A stretch of 64,000 nucleotides of DNA. It comes from an uncultured Erysipelotrichaceae bacterium (GTDB lineage: Bacteria > Bacillota_I > Bacilli_A > Erysipelotrichales > Erysipelotrichaceae). Position numbers and translations under genes: made by a program. This document shows positions 1 to 9,109 of this stretch, in pieces. The stretch's first letter is position 1. Every line of letters begins with the position of its first letter. The notes beneath the pieces were generated by a model. That model did no database searches. It had not been told where the DNA came from and saw only the letters and a list, made by a program, of their open reading frames with translations. Location of the stretch: assembly GCA_937900565.1 (NCBI GenBank), contig CALCFG010000136.1:513-64512 (forward strand), written 5' to 3'.

Positions 1-798
1 TTAACTGAAGCACAAATTCCTACGACAAGTGCAAATGATGGTCACCATAATGGTACTTGGGATATCATGCCAACAACTGCGTTAGATATTACTGAAGATA
101 CAACATTCACTATTACATACGTAGAGATTCCTGAAGAAGAAACAGAAGAACCAAATAATCGACCAGATCCAGTATTCCAATGTCCTGAAGGAACGGTATG
201 GAATGATAGTACGGGTATGTGTGATGCAATTGTAGTACATGTACCAGTAGATCCAGGAAATAATCCGCCAGTTGGTCCGGTTAATCCTGGTGTAAATGTA
301 GAGGATGAAGTGGATATTCCTGAAGTGGATGAAGAAGATACACCTGAAATCATAGTTGATGATGAACCTGAAGAAACACCAGAGATCGTTGAAATCGAAG
401 ATGAAGAAACACCTGAAGCTGGTGATAGAAGAGGTCATTGGGCATTAATTAATTTAATTGCAACTATTGGTGGTGCATTATTAGCATTAATTCTATTAAT
501 TGGTAAACATCAAAAAGATGCTGATGATGAAGCTGATGAAAATGCACAAGTAGTTGCTAGTGAAATGGATGAAGAAGATGAAGTGGTAAAACGTCGTCGT
601 AAATGGAAATTTATTTCTACGATTGTAGCAGTAATTTCTGTAGTTATTTTCTTCTTAACAGAAAATATGAGTTTACCAATGGTATTGGTAGATAAATATA
701 CGATGTTAATGTTAGCGTTATTCTTAGGTAATGTTGTTTGCTTATATATGGGTAAACGTTGGCATGAAGCAGATGAAGAAGAGCAAGAAAGAGCGTAA
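1..798 (+). CDS. 3' part of a large secreted/surface protein (5' end outside window) with an acidic E/D/P/T-rich spacer and three C-terminal transmembrane helices
   Basis: Frame 1 is open from base 1 to TAA at 796-798. The tail has a CPEGTVWNDSTGMC loop and EETPE-type acidic repeats. Hydrophobic helices follow: HWALINLIATIGGALLALILLIG, FISTIVAVISVVIFFL, MLMLALFLGNVVCLYM. No LPXTG motif. Confidence 0.5.
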   Translation, partial: LTEAQIPTTSANDGHHNGTWDIMPTTALDITEDTTFTITYVEIPEEETEEPNNRPDPVFQCPEGTVWNDSTGMCDAIVVHVPVDPGNNPPVGPVNPGVNVEDEVDIPEVDEEDTPEIIVDDEPEETPEIVEIEDEETPEAGDRRGHWALINLIATIGGALLALILLIGKHQKDADDEADENAQVVASEMDEEDEVVKRRRKWKFISTIVAVISVVIFFLTENMSLPMVLVDKYTMLMLALFLGNVVCLYMGKRWHEADEEEQERA

Positions 799-847
799 TT
801 TTCATTTCCAACATTCTGAAATAGTGAAGGCAGAGCTTATTTTTTTG

Positions 848-1462
848 CTAATCTAGTAACTCTTTATCAAGAATTTGGAAATTTGCTCTGTGAATATATA
901 GCGCCTTGCCATCAATCATGATTTTGGTGAACTTAGGCAAATCTTTCGGAAGTTCCCAATATACGTCATCACCGCTGAACGCATAGATAGGATTACCTAA
1001 TTGTGACTTAACTAAAACAATTCTGCTTTTTCCAAACATATTCTTCACTTCGTTTAATCGCCCTGAAATGCTTGTCCAGTCAAGAATGCCATCAGAAGAA
1101 CTCTCAAAACTGAAATCAGGGTCAAAAGCCACGTCAGGGGATAAACGATCATCGTAGAAAACTAACGTATCACCACAAGACTCAATTTCACTGCCATCAA
1201 TTGTAATTGTTATGACACTACTTAATTCATAGTTGTATAAGTTTTCAGATGTCGGATTTAAATCCTTTGTCTTAGCAACATTACCTTTGATGCTGATCTT
1301 GTCGCCTTTAAATTGTGCAACTACATTACCTTCATTATCAAAAGTATCAACAATATATGTGTTTCCAAATATTTGTCCTGTGACATCGTGGATTTGCGAC
1401 TTAAGATTTGAACAACCACTTAATAGTACGGAGCATAATAGAACCGTTAAAATTTTCTTCAT
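848..1462 (-). CDS. hypothetical lipoprotein
   Basis: Signal peptide with lipobox MKKILTVLLCSVLLSGCS. SD AGAGGTGG lies upstream of the ATG at 1462. No recognisable catalytic motif. Confidence 0.6.
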   Translation of the reverse strand: MKKILTVLLCSVLLSGCSNLKSQIHDVTGQIFGNTYIVDTFDNEGNVVAQFKGDKISIKGNVAKTKDLNPTSENLYNYELSSVITITIDGSEIESCGDTLVFYDDRLSPDVAFDPDFSFESSSDGILDWTSISGRLNEVKNMFGKSRIVLVKSQLGNPIYAFSGDDVYWELPKDLPKFTKIMIDGKALYIHRANFQILDKELLD

Positions 1463-2198
1463 TAAACCACCTCTTTCCCTAATTCTACAACATTTTTTCT
1501 AAGATTGTCAGATGGTAGATGACCTAATGCTCGGAAAACTTCCAACCACATAATCCGAAAAGCACCTTTAGCATATATCATGATTCCAACCAAAGAATTC
1601 GGAATATATCTTTGTGTTTTTCGTGACAAAAATTGCCACAGATGTTTCATTTAGCTTTTTAGTAAGTTAGCTTGGCAATAGACTATTCAAAGGTTTCAAT
1701 ATCACTGAATAGATTTGCTTCCTTCGTATCGTTCACATAGTTTGCGAGAAATTCATAAAAAGGGTTACTTTTTTAATGTCTTCTTTGTTTAATGCAATTA
1801 GCACATTCAACTTTATGCGTTTCTTGTTTGACCATACAAAATGCTTTTTGTTTGACATTACAAACATTACGCTTTTATCTACATCCCATCTTATATGGTG
1901 AGGAGGCAACACTGTATCCTTAAACGACGTAGGCGACATCATTTCTCTTTGCAAGCAGTTATCAATAAAGCCTTCTGGTAAAATAGTAGACTTAGATAAC
2001 GACTTTGCAGCTAGAATGAGCTACCCAAGACTGAAGCACTTTGGTTTTCTCGCTAATTATTCTAATATTAACAAAACAGACCAAGTTTTATCCTTGATCT
2101 GTTTTTGTTTTATTTAGTATCTAAATTATTTTGCTTGTTCTAAAGCATTGTTAATTGCTTGCCACCACAATAAATTTAGTGATTTTTTTAAATGAATA

Positions 2199-2228
2199 TT
2201 GACAGATAAAACGTTTTACCTTTATTAT
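2199..2228 (+). promoter_or_regulatory. putative sigma-A promoter of the nucleoside operon (TTGACA, 18-nt spacer, TATTAT)
   Basis: TTGACA at 2199-2204 and TATTAT at 2223-2228, about 75 nt upstream of the ribokinase start. Confidence 0.5.
2207..2218. promoter_or_regulatory. LacI-family operator candidate O1 (perfect palindrome TAAAACGTTTTA) inside the promoter spacer
   Basis: 12-bp perfect palindrome with the AACGTT core typical of LacI/PurR-type operators. A LacI-family gene lies at the operon end. Confidence 0.5.
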
Positions 2229-2241
2229 GTAATTACCGTTA

Positions 2242-2255
2242 TGAAAGCGCATTCA
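2242..2255. promoter_or_regulatory. candidate cre (CcpA) site TGAAAGCGCATTCA
   Basis: One mismatch to the cre consensus TGWAANCGNTNWCA. Located between the promoter and the start codon. Confidence 0.45.
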
Positions 2256-2273
2256 TAGCGTATAAATTTATGG

Positions 2274-2285
2274 TGAAACGTTTTA
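2274..2285. promoter_or_regulatory. LacI-family operator candidate O2 (TGAAACGTTTTA)
   Basis: Near copy of O1 (11/12), 67 bp downstream and just before the SD of the ribokinase gene. Confidence 0.4.
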
Positions 2286-2302
2286 CTTTTGAGGTGTTAA
2301 TT

Positions 2303-3208
2303 ATGGGAAATGTAGTAGTTATTGGCAGTCTTAATTATGATGTCAGCGTTTATTGTGAAAGCTTTCCTAATACAGGAGAGACAATCTTAAGTGACTCTAT
2401 TGGGTTCTCTAGTGGGGGGAAAGGAGGAAATCAAGCAGTTTCAGCATTTAAAGCAGGAGCAAACACTAAGATTATCGGTTGTATTGCTGATGATTTGTAT
2501 GGTAAGGAAATAGTAAAAAAGTTAAAAGAAGATGGAATTGATACAAGTCATTTAAAAATCAGCCAAAAATTTAATACAGGAACTGCACTTATTGAAATAG
2601 ACAAAGAAGGAAATAATAGAATCTGTGTATATCCTGGTGCTAATTTGGATTTAAACATTGAAGATTTGGAAAAAGTAAAAGAACTCATTGATGAATCTGA
2701 TGTTGTTTTATTACAAAATGAGTTGAATATTAAAACAGTAATAGAAACGATCAAATTAGCTAAAAAGCAAAATAAAATTGTTGTGTATAACCCTGCTCCA
2801 TTTGTAGAAATAGATGATTCAATTTTAAAACAAGTTGATTATATCGTTCCCAACCAAACTGAACTTGACTTATTAACAGAAAAAGGAAAATCACTTGAAG
2901 AAAAAGTTGATTCACTGCTTTTAAAAGGTGTGAAAAATGTTGTTGTCACACTGGGGAAAGATGGAGTTTATTACAAAGGTGAAAATGGTGTGATTACGCT
3001 TTCTGCTTTGAAAGTAGATGTAGTTGATACAGTAGGAGCAGGGGATTGTTTTTGCGGATATCTTGCAGCATGTATTAGTGATAAAAACGATATAATGACA
3101 AGTTTGAAAATTTCCTCAGTAGCGGCATCAATCAAATGCACAAAAAAAGGGGCGCAAAACGGCACCCCACAAATAAAAGAAGTTAAAGATTTTATATCGA
3201 AGAGGTAA
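2303..3208 (+). CDS. rbsK: ribokinase (PfkB family)
   Basis: N-terminal VVIGSLNYD...GETI...SSGGKGGNQAVS and C-terminal DTVGAGDCFCGYLAA motifs. ATG 2303 is preceded by GAGGTG. The track ORF start at 2270 lacks an SD. Confidence 0.85.
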   Translation: MGNVVVIGSLNYDVSVYCESFPNTGETILSDSIGFSSGGKGGNQAVSAFKAGANTKIIGCIADDLYGKEIVKKLKEDGIDTSHLKISQKFNTGTALIEIDKEGNNRICVYPGANLDLNIEDLEKVKELIDESDVVLLQNELNIKTVIETIKLAKKQNKIVVYNPAPFVEIDDSILKQVDYIVPNQTELDLLTEKGKSLEEKVDSLLLKGVKNVVVTLGKDGVYYKGENGVITLSALKVDVVDTVGAGDCFCGYLAACISDKNDIMTSLKISSVAASIKCTKKGAQNGTPQIKEVKDFISKR

Positions 3209-3212
3209 TAAC

Positions 3213-4574
3213 GTGAAGGATTTATTTTTAGTACTATTAACAATACTTTGTACTGTAATCGTTGCTAGATTTGTATTGAAAAAATATAATTCGATTTTCG
3301 TTTTCTTTGCATCTGGCGTTGTAATTTTATTAATGGCAGGTTTGTTAACAGGTAATTCAGTACTTGGCGACCAAACAACTGGAAATTTAATTGTTGATAT
3401 CTTTACTTTTATAGTTAACACTTTTAAAAAGAATATATCAGGTGTAGGTACGATCATCATGACCGTTACGGGATATTCTGCCTATATGAAGCACATTAAA
3501 GCATCTGAAAAGCTTGCTTTCATTGCCACTAAACCTTTGAGGAAAATTAAAAATCCTTACATTGTGTTAAGCGGAGTATTCTTCATCGGATTATTATTGA
3601 AATTAGTTATTACGTCACAAGCAGCAGTAGCATTGTTGTTATTAGCAACAACGTACCCAATTTTAATGGCTTTAGGTATTAATAAATTAACAGCAGCAAG
3701 TACTATTTGCTTAGTTTGTTTGGACTGGGGTCCCAATGATGGAAGTACAATTTTCGCAGCAGAAACAGCAGGAATGAGTGTTGTCGATTTTTTCATCAAT
3801 CACCAATCAATAATTGGTTTCACAATGATTATCATACTATCCTTAATTATACCTATTTACTACAAATATATGGACAAAAAGGATACTAATAGAGGTGTTG
3901 CATTAGAGAAAGGCGATGATAATATCGTTGACCCAGATTGTCCGTGGTATTACGCACTATTACCAATCATTCCTTTAATTATAGTGTTTATATCATCTTT
4001 TAGTAATATAGCTATCGATGTAGTTGCAGCAAACTTTATGGGGCTTCTTATTGTATTTGTCATCGAATATATCAGAAGAAAAGACAGAAAAGACGTTCAC
4101 AAAGATGTTCTTGTTGTTCTCAAAGCGATGGGAGATATTTTCGTAAGTGTTGTAGCTATCATTATCAGTGCTTCAATTTTTGCTGAAGGTATAAAACAAT
4201 TAGGTGGAATTTCAATTCTTGCAAATTATATTTCAGGATTTGGTAGCGCAGGTATTTTAATCGTAATTTTCATGTCCCTAATAACATTTGTTGCAGCCAC
4301 TATTATGGGAAGTGGAGCAGCAAGTTGGTTTGCTTTCGGACCTTTAGCACCTGATATCGCTGCTAAAATTGGAATTAATCAATTAGGTCTTATTATCCCT
4401 ATGGAATTAGGAGCTGCCTTGGGAAGAGGTATGTCGCCAGTTGCAGGAGCAACTATTGCGATTTCTGGTTATGCAGGTATGGATGTTATGCAAGTAGTTA
4501 AACGCACAGCACCATTATTGATTTTAGGTTTTGTGATTAATACGGTTATGAGTATTGTGTTATTTGTATTGTAA
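3213..4574 (+). CDS. DcuC-family (C4-dicarboxylate anaerobic carrier-like) membrane transporter; context suggests a nucleoside/ribose-related substrate
   Basis: Multi-pass membrane protein that aligns by eye with E. coli DcuC. Examples: VARFVLKKY vs VARYIIKGY, and GYSAYMKHIKASEKLAFIATKPLRKIKNPY vs GFAAYMTHIGANDMVVKLASKPLQYINSPY. GTG start is 7 nt after AGAGG. Confidence 0.6.
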   Translation: MKDLFLVLLTILCTVIVARFVLKKYNSIFVFFASGVVILLMAGLLTGNSVLGDQTTGNLIVDIFTFIVNTFKKNISGVGTIIMTVTGYSAYMKHIKASEKLAFIATKPLRKIKNPYIVLSGVFFIGLLLKLVITSQAAVALLLLATTYPILMALGINKLTAASTICLVCLDWGPNDGSTIFAAETAGMSVVDFFINHQSIIGFTMIIILSLIIPIYYKYMDKKDTNRGVALEKGDDNIVDPDCPWYYALLPIIPLIIVFISSFSNIAIDVVAANFMGLLIVFVIEYIRRKDRKDVHKDVLVVLKAMGDIFVSVVAIIISASIFAEGIKQLGGISILANYISGFGSAGILIVIFMSLITFVAATIMGSGAASWFAFGPLAPDIAAKIGINQLGLIIPMELGAALGRGMSPVAGATIAISGYAGMDVMQVVKRTAPLLILGFVINTVMSIVLFVL

Positions 4575-4596
4575 TTTATTGACATGGAGAAAGAAA

Positions 4597-5634
4597 ATGA
4601 ACAAAGAAAAAATTATTTTAGATTGCGATCCAGGTAGTGATGATGCGATTGCTATTATGTTAGCATTATTTAGTGATGAAATTGATTTATTAGGAATAAC
4701 TGTAGTTAATGGAAATAGAATTTTACCAAAAACATTAGAAAATACATTAAGAGTTAAACAATTTTTAAATTCTAATGTACCAGTTTATAAGGGATGCGAA
4801 AATGCTTTAGTAAGTAAATTAATTCCGACAAGAAAACCTAATTTACCAAGAGTGACTTTAAATGATTGTCACGGAGATTATATGCCTTTGCCCGAAGCTA
4901 CGATTACAGCTGAACCAAAACATGCAGTTAATTATTTAGTAGAAACTTTCATGAAATCTGAAGGGGATATTACTTTAGTTACTGTTGGTCCATTAACAAA
5001 TGTTGCTATGGCTTTAAGAATGGAACCACGAATTGAAGAGAAAATCAAAAGAATGGTAATCATGGGAGGTGGTCATGCTTCATGTAATGCTAGTGCAACT
5101 TCAGAGTTTAATTTCTACGCAGATCCAGAAAGTGCAAAAATTGTTATGGATACAAAAATCGGAAAAATGATTCTTCCGTTAGATGCAACTTGGAGAGCTT
5201 GTGTAACACTTGATCAATGCGATGAACTTGAAAAGATCGGCACTCCAGCAGCAAAATTTGCAGCAAAGATGATTAGATTGAGAATTGAAGGCTTAAAAAC
5301 AAATGATGTATCAGAACATAATTATAATTTGCGGCACACAGAAGGAACAGTAGCTTCCAAAATTATGTATAGATACGACAATAATATGGCTCCAGTACAC
5401 GATGCTTTAGCAATCGCTTATGTTATTGATCCTACGGTTGTAACCGAATACTTTGATGCTTGGGTAGACATTGATATTGCTGGTGGCTTAAGTGATGGTA
5501 GAATGGTTGCTGATGTTCACAATACAAGAAAGAATAAAGAAGGTATTCATGATAAAGTAGCAATTAATGCTGATAGTAATAAGTTTTATGATACGCTTAA
5601 ACGTGCCTTATCAAGAACAACACCAAATAAATAA
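4597..5634 (+). CDS. nucleoside hydrolase (inosine/uridine-preferring IUNH family)
   Basis: N-terminal ILDCDPGSDDAIAIMLAL aspartate cluster, GPLTNVA, and VHDALAIAY near the C-terminus. ATG 4597 follows GGAGAAAG. Confidence 0.85.
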   Translation: MNKEKIILDCDPGSDDAIAIMLALFSDEIDLLGITVVNGNRILPKTLENTLRVKQFLNSNVPVYKGCENALVSKLIPTRKPNLPRVTLNDCHGDYMPLPEATITAEPKHAVNYLVETFMKSEGDITLVTVGPLTNVAMALRMEPRIEEKIKRMVIMGGGHASCNASATSEFNFYADPESAKIVMDTKIGKMILPLDATWRACVTLDQCDELEKIGTPAAKFAAKMIRLRIEGLKTNDVSEHNYNLRHTEGTVASKIMYRYDNNMAPVHDALAIAYVIDPTVVTEYFDAWVDIDIAGGLSDGRMVADVHNTRKNKEGIHDKVAINADSNKFYDTLKRALSRTTPNK

Positions 5635-5640
5635 CCAAAA

Positions 5641-5666
5641 AGGATAGCTTAGGCTATCTTTTTTGT
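5641..5666 (+). terminator. rho-independent terminator after the nucleoside hydrolase gene
   Basis: AGGATAGC-TTAG-GCTATCTT hairpin followed by a T-run. Confidence 0.7.
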
Positions 5667-5705
5667 TAGTAAATTAATTATGTTAAAATGAAGTAGGGTG
5701 ATTTA

Positions 5706-6725
5706 ATGTCTATTACTATAAAAGATATTGCAAAAAAAGCTGGAGTAAGCATAACAACAGTGTCTTTAGTTTTGAATTGCAAGCCATGTAGAGCTTCTGA
5801 AACTACAAAAGCAAGAATCAAAGAAATCGCTGATAAATATAATTTTGTTGCCAATCAATCTGCAAGAAGCTTAGTTACTAAAAAGACGCATATTATAGGT
5901 ATGATTATACCTGATATAGAAAATATATTTTTCGCCTCATTATGTAAAAGTGTAGAACAGTTTTTACGTAAACATAATTATTCGTTGATAATTGTAAATT
6001 CTAATGATATGCTACAAAACGATTTATCTTTGATAAATGTAATGATTGCACGAGGAGTTGATGGCTTATTATTTATACCTAGTAACGAAGCGGTATTAAA
6101 TAGTAAAAAAATTATTAAAAAACTCGAAACAATCAGCATTCCATTTGTTTTGGTAGATAGAAAGATCGAAGAATTGAATTGCGATAGTGTTTGTTACGAC
6201 AATAGATTAGGCGCAATTATGGCTGTGGATTTATTGATAAAACAAGGACATAAAAAAATTGGCTGTATTAGTGGCCCAAATGATTTAAAACACAGTTTAT
6301 CAAGGTTAGATGGTTATATAGACGCATTCAAAAAGCATAAATTAGCTATTGATAAAACGCTGATTAAACACGGCGATTATAAAATTAAAAGTGGCTATGA
6401 TAAAGCAGAAGAATTAATCAAACAAAACGTTACTGCAATTTTTGTTGGCAATGATATGATGACTTTAGGAGCGTTAAGATATTTGCACAATAACAATTTA
6501 AAAGTCCCAGATGACTGTTCGATTATAAGTTATGACGATACCTTGTCAAATTATGTATTAGATATCGGTATTTCATCTGTTAGACAAGATACTGAAAAAT
6601 TAGCTATCATAGCTTGTCAACAACTATTAAATAAAATTGGTGGAAATTCAGATATCGAACAAATTCTTCTAAAGCCTGAATTAATCGAAAGAGATAGTGT
6701 TAAAAGTAAATATATAACGCTTTAA
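5706..6725 (+). CDS. LacI-family transcriptional regulator
   Basis: N-terminal HTH ITIKDIAKKAGVSITTVSLVLN plus a periplasmic-binding-like sugar domain. SD AGGGTGA. Confidence 0.85.
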   Translation: MSITIKDIAKKAGVSITTVSLVLNCKPCRASETTKARIKEIADKYNFVANQSARSLVTKKTHIIGMIIPDIENIFFASLCKSVEQFLRKHNYSLIIVNSNDMLQNDLSLINVMIARGVDGLLFIPSNEAVLNSKKIIKKLETISIPFVLVDRKIEELNCDSVCYDNRLGAIMAVDLLIKQGHKKIGCISGPNDLKHSLSRLDGYIDAFKKHKLAIDKTLIKHGDYKIKSGYDKAEELIKQNVTAIFVGNDMMTLGALRYLHNNNLKVPDDCSIISYDDTLSNYVLDIGISSVRQDTEKLAIIACQQLLNKIGGNSDIEQILLKPELIERDSVKSKYITL

Positions 6726-6744
6726 TGTATCTGAATAATATGAA

Positions 6745-6779
6745 AGGAGGCGAGGTGATTGAAATCTCGTCTCCTTTTG
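6745..6779. terminator. hairpin terminator between convergent genes
   Basis: AGGAGGCGAG...CTCGTCTCCT stem with one mismatch, followed by TTTT. Confidence 0.6.
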
Positions 6780-6816
6780 TGTAAGTTGTTATGACAGTTT
6801 TTGCCACAGCCCTTAA

Positions 6817-8649
6817 TCAATCACTAAATAGTACCGAATAAAATTGGTTTATAGTTTTACACTGTATTAGTTTTGAAAAACAATCCATATCACTAACTGT
6901 TTCTACGATTAAGTCATATAGTAAACGTAAGTTTTTGACATTGTTTCTATTTATGGCTGACAAGAATACAATCTTAACTTCGTTTTCTCCCCAAGATATG
7001 CCTTTTGGATTTATATAAATGCACATGCTTGTTTCATTAGCGATAAATTCCATTGCATGAGGAATGGCGTACATGTCGCAAATATCTGTTGAAGCAATTG
7101 CCTCTCTTACTAAAACAGATGGTAAGAAGTTAGAATCTACAAGATTTTTTGATTCCAGGTTGTTACATAACTTACGTATAACTATGTCTCGGTCAGTATG
7201 TTTATTATCATAATAAAAATTATCGGGATGAATATAAACATTAAATAAAGCTTTCAGCAATGATTTTCTTTTTTGTTTAATAATTCCATTTGCTGCATTT
7301 AAAATTTTAATTTCATCCGACTTGGTGAAAAGGGGTGTGATAATACAATTTTTAACATTAGTCTTTTCTGCAAAACTAGTAGAAACAATCAAATCATATC
7401 CCTTGGTATTAAGCAATTCTTTTTTTTGAATAACTTCAATTTCAGAATTATAATGAATAAGCTTTTTAAGCTTATTCATTAATGATTGCTGATTTACATA
7501 GTTTCCCGTGTTGATGCCAATTTTTATTTTTTCGTGAGAATCTTTTTCAACGCTATTTTCTATTAAAAAACCTATATGCATAGAAATTAGTGATATTTCT
7601 TGAGGGTTGATAGTGATGTTATATAGATTTTGTATCTCTGTTGCAATGCTTACTGCAATGTCGTAAATAAAGAAACATGATTCCTTGATAGATAACCCAC
7701 CGTCACTACGCACAGGGTTATTGTTTTTGCAGCGAATAATCATGTCGTAGATATGTCTAACGAACACTGGAAAAAAGCTTTCCATATTTATGTCTAAAGA
7801 ATATTTTTTAAAAATTTCATTTGTAATATTCTTTATTGATTGCTCGATGTTGCTAATATCATTATCTCCACCATTAATAACGCTTCTTAATGAATTGTAT
7901 ATAGAGTTCGTTTTATCAATCTTAGAGTTATTAAGATTCCTATTAATTTGGTTAGCTAAGCCAAATAGTTCTTTATCGCATGAACTATTTCTGTTTTCAT
8001 CTTCAAAGTCAAAATTCAAAATCACGAATAAATTTAATAATAAATTGTTAAGGTAGAAGGAAGTGATTTTGTAATTGTGCTTATCTAGTAAATCAATAAC
8101 ATATTCAGATATTTCTGTTAGATTGATATTATTGAAAAATTTTTGGAATGTTACAACATCATTGAATGTGCTACCTGCTTCATCAATAATTCTGTCTATA
8201 TATAATTGCCTTTTCTTAAAACCTTCACCAATTAAAGAAATATCGTTATTAGCTCTCAATATTGATAAATCATATTTACTAAATAAACTTTTTAGATTGT
8301 TGATATGCGTAATAAGAGTGGATTCAGAAACACTCAGCTTATCTGCAAGACTAAAAATGTTTGAAGTACCATATTGCAAAAGATAAAATATCAATTCATT
8401 ATCATCATCAAATTCCGTTCTAGTTAAAGGAATCATTGAGATAAGATCTTCAAATTCTTTATTTATTGAAAAGCCCATTTTTGTAGAAATGATTAGTTGC
8501 TTATTAAAAAGATTATTTATAGATTTAATATCATTTCTAATGGTTTTGTCGGAAACATTAAAAATAGCTGCAATTGTAGATGCAGGTGAGTTAGGTTTGG
8601 AATATAGATAAAAAACTATCTGTCTTTCTCTATCGGTCAATTCATACAT
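6817..8649 (-). CDS. PRD/PTS-regulatory-domain transcriptional regulator (LicR/MtlR-like: HTH + PRD region + EIIB-like + EIIA(Mtl/Fru)-like domain)
   Basis: N-terminal DRERQIVFYLY...STIAAIFNVSDKTIRNDI HTH. C-terminal EIIA-2-like segment DMYAIPHAMEF...VKIVFLSAINRN. Divergent from the PTS operon. Confidence 0.65.
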   Translation of the reverse strand: MYELTDRERQIVFYLYSKPNSPASTIAAIFNVSDKTIRNDIKSINNLFNKQLIISTKMGFSINKEFEDLISMIPLTRTEFDDDNELIFYLLQYGTSNIFSLADKLSVSESTLITHINNLKSLFSKYDLSILRANNDISLIGEGFKKRQLYIDRIIDEAGSTFNDVVTFQKFFNNINLTEISEYVIDLLDKHNYKITSFYLNNLLLNLFVILNFDFEDENRNSSCDKELFGLANQINRNLNNSKIDKTNSIYNSLRSVINGGDNDISNIEQSIKNITNEIFKKYSLDINMESFFPVFVRHIYDMIIRCKNNNPVRSDGGLSIKESCFFIYDIAVSIATEIQNLYNITINPQEISLISMHIGFLIENSVEKDSHEKIKIGINTGNYVNQQSLMNKLKKLIHYNSEIEVIQKKELLNTKGYDLIVSTSFAEKTNVKNCIITPLFTKSDEIKILNAANGIIKQKRKSLLKALFNVYIHPDNFYYDNKHTDRDIVIRKLCNNLESKNLVDSNFLPSVLVREAIASTDICDMYAIPHAMEFIANETSMCIYINPKGISWGENEVKIVFLSAINRNNVKNLRLLYDLIVETVSDMDCFSKLIQCKTINQFYSVLFSD

Positions 8650-8693
8650 AGTACTATATTATTCCAATACTTAAAAAAGTATAAATTTAATTT

Positions 8694-8710
8694 TTCCAGC
8701 CATGGTGGAA
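8694..8710. promoter_or_regulatory. 17-bp near-palindrome TTCCAGCCATGGTGGAA upstream of the -35; candidate regulator binding site
   Basis: Arms TTCCA/TGGAA around CCATGG. It sits just upstream of the predicted PTS promoter. Confidence 0.35.
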
Positions 8711-8719
8711 ATCATATAT

Positions 8720-8748
8720 TTGTAAACGCTTACTATCATTTCTAATAT
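8720..8748 (+). promoter_or_regulatory. putative PTS operon promoter (TTGTAA-N17-TAATAT) overlapped by cre-like TGTAAACGCTTACT (8721-8734)
   Basis: Hexamers with 17-nt spacing. The cre-like element has one mismatch to TGWAANCGNTNWCA. Confidence 0.5.
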
Positions 8749-8767
8749 ATATGCAGGAGGTGTTGCT

Positions 8768-9070
8768 GTGACTAAAGAAGAAGTTATGCAATCTGCTTTT
8801 GAAATCATCTCTTACGCTGGAGATGCAATGAATGAGTATTATGGTGCAGTTATCGATTATAAACATCACGATATCGAAAGTGCAAAGAAAAAACTTGAAG
8901 AGGGTAATGTTTTTCTTAATAAAACTCATTTAATTCAAACTAAGCTTATTCAAAGTGAAGTTAATGATGAACCTATTCCTTATTCGCTCATCATGACACA
9001 TGCCCAAGACCATTTAACGGGCGCTATCAATTGGCAAAGGATGGTCAATTTATTATTAAATGAAGACTAA
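8768..9070 (+). CDS. PTS lactose/cellobiose-family EIIA
   Basis: About 100 aa helical protein with the family-typical AGDAMNEY...LIMTHAQDHL histidine region. GTG start is 6 nt after AGGAGGTG. Confidence 0.8.
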   Translation: MTKEEVMQSAFEIISYAGDAMNEYYGAVIDYKHHDIESAKKKLEEGNVFLNKTHLIQTKLIQSEVNDEPIPYSLIMTHAQDHLTGAINWQRMVNLLLNED

Positions 9071-9109
9071 CATTCAGAAAGGGGGATAGTGTTTTAACAC
9101 TAACAAATT

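Noticed and set aside
42-438. Minus-strand ORFs 42-353 and 82-438 from the track
   Set aside because: They lie entirely antisense to the open surface-protein frame. Their S/T/G-rich or F/I-rich low-complexity translations mirror the acidic repeats. No SD is present.
1462-1954. ORFs 1462-1650 and 1733-1954 as transposase fragments
   Set aside because: I could not match them to any transposase motif (no DDE, HTH or IS-end repeats seen). They are kept only as possible gene remnants in a finding.
2215-2240. dif-like (XerCD) site because of ATTATGTAA
   Set aside because: Only 9 nt resemble the Bacillus dif core and the left arm does not match. The region is better explained as a promoter -10.
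8687-8929. 80-aa minus-strand ORF across the PTS promoter and EIIA start
   Set aside because: It overlaps a well-supported promoter and the EIIA gene. It has no SD, and its composition is typical of antisense AT-rich sequence.
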